The position numbers and the translations under genes were made by a program. Shown here in pieces: positions 57,953-64,000 of a stretch of 64,000 bases of DNA. The first letter of the stretch is position 1; each line of letters opens with the position of its first letter. Source of the stretch: Acidobacteriota bacterium. GTDB taxonomy: Bacteria > Acidobacteriota > Terriglobia > Terriglobales > Acidobacteriaceae. The notes under the pieces are model-generated. The model searched no databases. It was not told the origin of the DNA and worked only from the letters and a program-made list of their open reading frames with translations. The stretch lies in the NCBI GenBank assembly GCA_021793405.1, contig JAJYSV010000016.1, positions 5,184 to 69,183 of the forward strand, written 5' to 3'.

Positions 57953-59821
57953 TTATGCCCCAGCAACGATTGTCGCCTGCACATCCACCTGGCCGCGGAA
58001 TTCGTGGCGATTCAATCGATATGCAATTTGAATAGTGTCGCCCACCGCGGGCGCCCGCTCGAGCGCGGAGTCAATGGAAAACCATACCGCTTCCAAAGTC
58101 AGATCTCCGCGTTCCAGTTGCAACCGGCCATGCCGTCCGTTCGTCAGCGTGCGGTACGTGGCCACGCGAAAGGTTCCAGAGTAGAGCGGCGCTTCGAAGC
58201 CTCTTCCAAACGGGCCCAGCGCATCGAACGCCTGAATACTTTTCAAATCGTGCGAATCGGCGTCCAGTTCGCCATCGGTCCAGAGTGCTGGGCCGGTCGC
58301 GATCGCTCCCCCGGTTTGCTGCGCAATCGCGAAGGAGAAGGCTTCCCGAAACCGGTTCACATCGCTGACGTGAATGGTCGCGCCCGCAGCGGCTTGGTGA
58401 CCGCCATAGGCAACCAGCAGCTGTGGATGTGCGCTCGCCACATCTTTCAACGCCCGCTGCACATCGATCCCAGGCACCGAACGGAAAGATCCGCTGGCAA
58501 GTCCCTCTCCTTGTGAGAGATCTGGCGCCGTGGATCGCGCCCCCTGTCCTTGCGGCGCGAAGATGGCGCACGGCTTCCCAAATGCTTCGACAACTCGGCT
58601 GGCCGTGATGCCGTGTACACCCGAGTGTCCATCTTCCAGGAACAAAACGATGGCCGGCCCTGCAACTCTAGCTGCCTGCGGAAATGCTTGCGCGCGCAAC
58701 CTGCGTTCGATGCTCTGACGCTCCGCGTTCTCGCGCTTCAGCTCGCTCCAGCACTTCGCGGCCTCTGGGTCCGTCTTTGCGACAAGAAACCGAAATCCTA
58801 CCTCTGCCCAATCCAGCCGCCCAGAGGCTGCGATGGCAGGTACTAGGCGAAAGGCAATGGTCTCGGCGTCGATCTCGCCCTCCACGTCCGCCGCAAAAAT
58901 CTTCCAGCACGGTCGGCATCGAGAGCGAACCAACCCCAGACCGCGATGAAGAAAGGCGCGATTCATCAGACTCGCTCCCGGCGACACCGACACGCAGTCC
59001 GCGATGGTCGCAACCGCAACAAAATCCAGCAGACTCGCGAGCGAGGGTAATTGCGCACACACTCCACTATCCAGCAACGCGCTGCGCACCTTCGCCATTA
59101 CCAGAAACGCCACGCCCGCGCCGCACACATGTTTGTCGTACTCCGCATCCAGCCGCGATGGATTCACCACCGCATACGCGGACTGCGGTGGCCCTTCCGG
59201 TGGGATCACGTGGTGATCGGTCACCACCACATCGATTCCTTTTGCCGCCAGCATTGCGATCCGCGGCTCATCGCTGCTGCCTTTGTCCGCCGAGATGACC
59301 AGCTGCGCCCCGAAAGCTTCGATACGCGCAACCACGCCATCTCCAATGCCATAGCCTTCCGTCAGCCGATGACTGGTAACGACGCGGATGCGATCGGCTG
59401 TAACTCCGAAGCAGTCAACCATAGCGGTCCATAGGACGGCCGCCGAAGCGGTGCCATCCATATCGTGATCGCACGCCAGCACAATGCGTTCGCCTTCGCG
59501 GATGGCGCGGACGATGCGCTCCACTGCACGATCCATCGAAGGGATCGCACCGGGGTCGACGATGTCTGAAAGTTTTGCAGCGGTCAGCGATTCCCAGTCG
59601 AGAAACCGATCCAGACGTCGACCCAGGAAATTTGCAATCGCGGCAGGAATGCCGGCAGCCAGGTAGGCCTCACGCACAGCCGCGTTACACAGCCTCTCCA
59701 TAAGGATTTTTCGTGGCAATTTCCACGACGTGCCGTCGATCTCGGCCGGGGCAAAATCCACTGACGACAAACGTTCCGGCATGCAAGCCTCAGCTGTCAA
59801 GGCTGCAACATCATCGCTCAC
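57953..59821 (-). CDS. recJ: single-stranded-DNA-specific exonuclease RecJ
   Basis: DHH motifs (ACDHDMDGTASAA, VVVTDHH) and DHHA1 GGHQAAAG. GTG 59821 overlaps the upstream stop (GTGA); ATG 59782 is the alternative. Confidence 0.85.
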   Translation of the reverse strand: MSDDVAALTAEACMPERLSSVDFAPAEIDGTSWKLPRKILMERLCNAAVREAYLAAGIPAAIANFLGRRLDRFLDWESLTAAKLSDIVDPGAIPSMDRAVERIVRAIREGERIVLACDHDMDGTASAAVLWTAMVDCFGVTADRIRVVTSHRLTEGYGIGDGVVARIEAFGAQLVISADKGSSDEPRIAMLAAKGIDVVVTDHHVIPPEGPPQSAYAVVNPSRLDAEYDKHVCGAGVAFLVMAKVRSALLDSGVCAQLPSLASLLDFVAVATIADCVSVSPGASLMNRAFLHRGLGLVRSRCRPCWKIFAADVEGEIDAETIAFRLVPAIAASGRLDWAEVGFRFLVAKTDPEAAKCWSELKRENAERQSIERRLRAQAFPQAARVAGPAIVLFLEDGHSGVHGITASRVVEAFGKPCAIFAPQGQGARSTAPDLSQGEGLASGSFRSVPGIDVQRALKDVASAHPQLLVAYGGHQAAAGATIHVSDVNRFREAFSFAIAQQTGGAIATGPALWTDGELDADSHDLKSIQAFDALGPFGRGFEAPLYSGTFRVATYRTLTNGRHGRLQLERGDLTLEAVWFSIDSALERAPAVGDTIQIAYRLNRHEFRGQVDVQATIVAGA

Positions 59822-60333
59822 TCTTGTTCCTCGTCGATATCATCATCGAGCGCATTTTCGATGAACTCCTGAAGTCCATCGACCGTGTTCGCCATCGCCC
59901 GATATTCTCGGTACCATTCCGTCTGGGTCTCATGCACAAACAGAATTCCCTGGTGAGCAAACGCCAGTTCGATGTGACCCACCTTGCCGATTTGGAGAAA
60001 GAGCTGGTTGAGTTTGTCGCGCTCCAAAACGGATGTCTCGCTGTCCGACAGGTCCTCCAGTTCGCTCGACAGCAGATCGAGTGTCGTGCGGTCGACCGAA
60101 TCTTCGCCGATGCAGACCAGCGGCGCACCCGCCGTCTTCGCCATTTCGACAAAGTCCTTCCAGCTTTCCTTCGTGTTCTCCGCCGTCGTGTCGGCTGTAT
60201 CCGGCTCGTTCCACCACACCCGGGGAGTGTCCTCCGGTATCAAAGCGGGGAAATGGCGCATGCCATGGCCTTCGATGAAGGCGATCATGTCATCTTTCAG
60301 CGTAGCTAGATTGTTGGGATCCATCCTTTCCAT
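59818..60333 (-). CDS. hypothetical acidic protein, apparently co-transcribed with recJ
   Basis: 171-aa ORF ending ...ENALDDDIDEEQE. Its stop overlaps the recJ GTG. No family recognised. Confidence 0.5.
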   Translation of the reverse strand: MERMDPNNLATLKDDMIAFIEGHGMRHFPALIPEDTPRVWWNEPDTADTTAENTKESWKDFVEMAKTAGAPLVCIGEDSVDRTTLDLLSSELEDLSDSETSVLERDKLNQLFLQIGKVGHIELAFAHQGILFVHETQTEWYREYRAMANTVDGLQEFIENALDDDIDEEQE

Positions 60334-60507
60334 CCTAGAGCAGTTCCCCCCACCTGTAACCGCCTAACAATCACGAGGTGCAGCTTTTTTTCATCGAATC
60401 TTCGTCGCGGTCCTGGTCCAGATGGAACACTGGCCGTAGACCCGCTCCAGTCCGGCAACCCTTTATGATGATAGAGAACCACAGGACTTTCTTCAGGAGC
60501 GGCTTTC

Positions 60508-60867
60508 TTGGCAAAGTATAAGCGGCATGTCTTTGTGTGCATCAACCAGCGCGAGCCCGGAAGCGCGCGTCCCAGCTGCAATGCCGACGGAAAATCGCAA
60601 TTGCATGCGCTGCTCAAGCAGGCTGTCGACGACGCCGGCTTGAAAGGCTCGGTCCGCGTCAACAAGGCCGGTTGTCTGGACCAGTGCGAACATGGACCGA
60701 ACGTTGTGATCTATCCCGATGCCGTCTGGTATGGCGGTGTTTGCGCCGCGGATGTGTCCGAGATCGTTGCATCGCATCTGGTCGCGGGCTGCCCAGTGGA
60801 GCGATTGGTGCTGCCCGATGCCTGCATCCACACCGAAGTCTGCAAACATCGGCCTCGAAAGACCTGA
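60508..60867 (+). CDS. thioredoxin-like [2Fe-2S] ferredoxin
   Basis: TTG start 9 nt after AGGAG. Cys ligand pattern HVFVCINQR...SCNADG...AGCLDQCEHGPN. Confidence 0.8.
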   Translation: MAKYKRHVFVCINQREPGSARPSCNADGKSQLHALLKQAVDDAGLKGSVRVNKAGCLDQCEHGPNVVIYPDAVWYGGVCAADVSEIVASHLVAGCPVERLVLPDACIHTEVCKHRPRKT

Positions 60868-60924
60868 AAACCGTTGCGGCTGGAATCCGCAGCCGCTTGC
60901 CTGTGCTATATTCCGAGGGGAACA

Positions 60925-61203
60925 ATGAATTTCTCAAAAGATTATGTTGGATATTTAGGCTGGCGCACGATCAAGCATCTGATCGATGTCAAGATGATCC
61001 AGACTGACAAAGTCGAGGTCTTGAACGCCCGCGTACAGGCAGCCCTGATCGACGAGTTGATGCTGGAGGACCGCATCAATGACGAGGTTCGGCTGATCCT
61101 CGAAGCCTACCAGGAAGAGATGCGCCGGACCGGCGCCAGCTACCAGGAAATGTTCAAGAAGATCAAGCAGGAATTGGCCCGCAAATACAAGGCGGTGCTA
61201 TGA
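60925..61203 (+). CDS. DUF507-family protein (paralog 1)
   Basis: ATG 60925 after GAGGGG. About 92 aa and helical. Family call from memory of DUF507-like sequences. Confidence 0.55.
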   Translation: MNFSKDYVGYLGWRTIKHLIDVKMIQTDKVEVLNARVQAALIDELMLEDRINDEVRLILEAYQEEMRRTGASYQEMFKKIKQELARKYKAVL

Positions 61204-61475
61204 GAGTCTCTCACGATAAATTGAACAAATTGGCGCATGTCATCGCCGACACACTGGCGGAAACCGACGAGTGTGAATTTCGCGAAGATCGCAATACCAT
61301 CCGTCAGGAATCGCGCAAGATGCTGGAGAAATTGTTTGCCGACGAACTCAAGATCGATCAGGCGGCCCGCCTGAAGGTCTCGTCCCACAAGAAAAACATT
61401 CCTGAAGGCAGCCAGGAGTGGGAAATTCTCTACCGCAAGTACTATCAGGAAGAAGTCAAGAAGCTCGGGCTGTAG
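61200..61475 (+). CDS. DUF507-family protein (paralog 2)
   Basis: 91 aa. ATGA overlap with paralog 1. Same length and helical character. Confidence 0.55.
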   Translation: MRVSHDKLNKLAHVIADTLAETDECEFREDRNTIRQESRKMLEKLFADELKIDQAARLKVSSHKKNIPEGSQEWEILYRKYYQEEVKKLGL

Positions 61476-61513
61476 ATGCTTTCGTATCTCCAGCCGAAAG
61501 AGGTGCGGCGGTG

Positions 61514-62986
61514 ATGGACGGAGCGGCGGAGATTGCGATCGATCAGGTACGCCTAGAGGCGAACAGCCTCTTGAACCCCGCGCGAAAGATTGAGTTGGGG
61601 CAGTTCATGACGCCCTCTCGCGTTGCGCGGTTCATGGCTTCGCTATTCTCGGCTGGGCACGGGACAGTCAGGCTGCTGGATGCTGGGGCCGGCGTCGGAT
61701 CGTTAACGGCCGCTTTCATGGAAAGACGGGCCGATGCTCCAGTACATGTGACGGCATATGAGATTGACGAATCGCTTGCGCCATATTTGCGAGAGACGCT
61801 AGCCCGCTACGGAAACTGCTGTACTGGAAGTTCCGTTATCGATAGGGACTTCATTCAGGAAGCAGTGTACCGGATCAAGCTTGGCACAAACGAGCAGTGC
61901 TTCAGTCACGCAATCTTGAACCCGCCATATAAGAAGATCAAAAGCGACTCTCTGCATCGCGCATTGCTGCGCGCCGTCAGCCTGGAAACGGTGAATCTGT
62001 ATACGGCGTTCGTCGGTCTGGCTGTAGAACTGATGAGGCAGGACGGAGAAATCGTTGCTATCATCCCCAGAAGTTTCTGTAACGGCCTTTACTACAAGCC
62101 ATTCCGTGAATGGATATTAGGGCGCGCAGCACTCGAACACATCCACCTGTTTCATAGCCGTACGAGCGCCTTCAACGATGACGAAGTGCTTCAGGAGAAC
62201 GTCATCATTAAACTCGTGCGCGGCAAGAAGCAGGGTACGGTTACAATCACGACCTCAAGTGATAGCAGCTTCTCAGATCTCCAGTCGCACGTGTATCCGT
62301 TCGAGGAAATCGTTCACGAGGATGACGCTCAGAAGTTCATTCATGTACCTACAGCTCCCACGCATAGCGGCCTCGATAGCGTGCCGCTGGCGGAGCGTTT
62401 TCTAGATGAGATCGGACTTGCTGTTTCGACAGGGCCAGTGGTGGACTTCCGTCTGAAGGATTTTTTGCGGAAGCGCCCGGAGAAAGGCACGGTGCCGCTG
62501 TTATATCCAGCGCACTTTGCTGGCGACTCGATGGAATGGCCGCGAGAATCAAAAAAGCCAAATGCTTTACTGGACCATCAAGAGACCAAGAAGTGGTTGT
62601 ATCCGAATGGTTTTTATACGGTCGTGCGCCGGTTCTCGTCGAAAGAGGAACGGCGACGAATTGTAGCGCATGTTGTCGATCCAAGAGCGTTCAGTGGAAG
62701 CGCCATCGGTTTTGAGAACCATTTGAATGTGTTTCATTTCGAAAAAAAAGGTATCGATCGCGATATCGCGTATGGCCTTGCTATGTTTCTGAATTCAACA
62801 GCCGTCGATGAATACTTTCGGCGATTCAGCGGCCATACGCAGGTCAACGCGACGGACCTGCGGCTGCTCCGGTATCCGAGGTTGACGGAGTTGAAACAGC
62901 TCGGCCAGTGGATTCAAGCCGTAGGGCACCCTGCGCAAGAGATGATCGATCGGCGGATAGAGGGCATGTGTGGCAAGGAAAAATAA
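61514..62986 (+). CDS. N6-adenine DNA methyltransferase, gamma class (M.PstI/M.BsuBI-like)
   Basis: Motif I LLDAGAGVGSLT and motif IV ILNPPYKKI. ATG 61514 (GTG 61511) follows AAAGAGG. About 490 aa. Confidence 0.85.
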   Translation: MDGAAEIAIDQVRLEANSLLNPARKIELGQFMTPSRVARFMASLFSAGHGTVRLLDAGAGVGSLTAAFMERRADAPVHVTAYEIDESLAPYLRETLARYGNCCTGSSVIDRDFIQEAVYRIKLGTNEQCFSHAILNPPYKKIKSDSLHRALLRAVSLETVNLYTAFVGLAVELMRQDGEIVAIIPRSFCNGLYYKPFREWILGRAALEHIHLFHSRTSAFNDDEVLQENVIIKLVRGKKQGTVTITTSSDSSFSDLQSHVYPFEEIVHEDDAQKFIHVPTAPTHSGLDSVPLAERFLDEIGLAVSTGPVVDFRLKDFLRKRPEKGTVPLLYPAHFAGDSMEWPRESKKPNALLDHQETKKWLYPNGFYTVVRRFSSKEERRRIVAHVVDPRAFSGSAIGFENHLNVFHFEKKGIDRDIAYGLAMFLNSTAVDEYFRRFSGHTQVNATDLRLLRYPRLTELKQLGQWIQAVGHPAQEMIDRRIEGMCGKEK

Positions 62987-63911
62987 AATAACCGATGCCA
63001 TTCAGGTGCTGGAAGAACTCGGAATGCCGAGGGCACAACGTAACGAAAGGTCCGCGCTGTGCCTGCTGGCGTTGCTCAATCTAACGAAAGAGAAATCTTG
63101 GGCTGACGCCGCGAATCCGCTTATTGGCATTACACCAATAATGGAATTTGCACGGGATCATTACGGCAGGCAATATGCGCCCAACACACGCGAAACCTTC
63201 CGACGGCAGACAATGCACCAATTCGTTGCGGCTGGGATTGCTGTTTACAACCCTGACAACTTGGCGCGGCCGGTGAACAGCCCGAAAGCTGTGTATCAGA
63301 TTGAGCCGGACATACTTACGCTGTTGCAGAGTTTTGCTACGGCGGCGTGGAACAAGAACCTTGCAGCGTATTTAGAAGATCACCAGACGTTGGCTGCCCG
63401 TTACGCTAGAGAACGGGACATGCAGAAATTGCCGGTGAAACTGGCCACAGGCGAGATGATTCGCCTCAGCCCCGGTCATCATAGTGAGCTCATCAAGGCA
63501 ATCATCGAAGAATTTGCGGCGCGTTTTGCGCCTGGCGGTGTTCTGGTCTACGCCGGAGACACTGGCGAAAAGTGGGGGTACTTCGATAAGGAGCTGCTGA
63601 AAAAGCTCGGAGTCGTCGTCGATGGTCACGGAAAAATGCCGGATGTTGTGCTCTATGATCCAGAGCGGGAATGGTTGTTGCTGATAGAGTCCGTGACGAG
63701 TCACGGGCCAGTGAACGCCAAGCGACATGAAGAGCTTTCGCGCCTGTTTGCGGATTCGACAGCTGGCCTCGTCTATGTGACTGCGTTCCCCTCGCGATCG
63801 GTGATGACGCGCTACTTGTGCGATATCGCTTGGGAGACGGAGGTCTGGTGCGCAGATGCGTTTTCACATTTGATCCACTTCAACGGAGAGCGATTTCAAG
63901 GACCATATTGA
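62970..63911 (+). CDS. type II restriction endonuclease, BsuBI/PstI-like
   Basis: 313 aa immediately after, and overlapping by 17 nt, the methyltransferase. The N-terminal wHTH-like ITDAIQVLEELGMPRAQRNERSALCLLALL resembles the BsuBI/PstI family as I recall it. GTG start. Confidence 0.6.
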   Translation: MARKNKITDAIQVLEELGMPRAQRNERSALCLLALLNLTKEKSWADAANPLIGITPIMEFARDHYGRQYAPNTRETFRRQTMHQFVAAGIAVYNPDNLARPVNSPKAVYQIEPDILTLLQSFATAAWNKNLAAYLEDHQTLAARYARERDMQKLPVKLATGEMIRLSPGHHSELIKAIIEEFAARFAPGGVLVYAGDTGEKWGYFDKELLKKLGVVVDGHGKMPDVVLYDPEREWLLLIESVTSHGPVNAKRHEELSRLFADSTAGLVYVTAFPSRSVMTRYLCDIAWETEVWCADAFSHLIHFNGERFQGPY

Positions 63912-63929
63912 GCGTTGGTATGCAATGGT

Positions 63930-63948
63930 CAGCAACGCAGGGTTGCTG
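63930..63948 (+). terminator. stem-loop after the restriction gene
   Basis: CAGCAAC, loop gcagg, GTTGCTG. Only a weak T-tract follows. Confidence 0.3.
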
Positions 63949-64000
63949 GCTAGCTTTATCTACTGGCAACCTCCTACTGGACCGTGAAATCCTGTTGCAG

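Noticed and set aside
59213-63704. GTGA-N4-TCAC palindromes GTGATCGGTCAC (59213-59224, in recJ) and GTGACGAGTCAC (63693-63704, in the restriction gene)
   Set aside because: The spacing is wrong (N4, not N6) and both lie inside coding sequence. They are not counted as regulon sites.
57953-63911. recJ, the acidic ORF and the R-M pair as one defence island
   Set aside because: The RecJ protein has all the housekeeping DHH/DHHA1 motifs at normal length. Ordinary-looking ferredoxin and DUF507 genes lie between it and the R-M pair. No helicase, ATPase or mobility genes link them.
1-64000. Search for tRNA, rRNA, CRISPR repeats, integrases and transposases
   Set aside because: I found no T-loop/acceptor-like tRNA signatures, no rRNA-like conserved stretches, no regularly spaced direct repeats and no recombinase-like ORF. 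This was an eyeball search only, so small RNAs could be missed.

Overview
High-GC chromosomal segment (roughly 55-60 % by eye). The gene content looks acidobacterial (Terriglobia-like), but that is inference only because no search was run. The window starts beside dnaN and holds about 54 protein-coding genes. I saw no rRNA, tRNA, CRISPR array, intact transposase or integrase.

Main blocks:
1. dnaN, with an oriC-like box cluster upstream.
2. A translationally coupled cusCBA-type Cu/Ag RND efflux operon, headed by a small Cys/His-rich protein.
3. A sugar block: GH97, a fused FGGY-kinase/MtlD-like dehydrogenase, and an SMP-30 lactonase.
4. A nitrosative/low-oxygen block: Cys-free Crp/Fnr regulator, ytfE-nnrS-norZ, cysK-cysE, NapH-like polyferredoxin, ribokinase plus permease, FNR-like regulator, cydAB, then xfp-ackA.
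5. Mixed housekeeping genes: GH57 branching enzyme, YtxH/DUF948 pair, proline dehydrogenase, citrate synthase, PolX, Csp, NUDIX, CYTH, Sua5, an Hfq-like gene, tmk-P450-holB, DinB-like, M61 peptidase, GH2, recJ.
6. A 2Fe-2S ferredoxin, two DUF507 genes and a PstI/BsuBI-like type II R-M pair at the right edge.

The strongest signal is regulatory rather than a gene. Six copies of a GTGA-N6-TCAC palindrome are all promoter-proximal. They link the Cu efflux operon, a Met-rich lipoprotein, the NO-detox operon, cytochrome bd, an orphan polyferredoxin and a 2OG-oxygenase-like gene into one putative Crp/Fnr-type regulon.

Other points worth a second look:
- an RBS-sequestering hairpin crossed by a 37-codon bridging ORF between cydB and xfp;
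- a P450 gene wedged into tmk-holB;
- a kinase-dehydrogenase fusion;
- an Hfq-like protein with an N-terminal extension;
- two genes broken by single-base frameshifts at homopolymer runs.

All family calls come from motif recognition by eye. No database search, alignment program or RNA folding was run.
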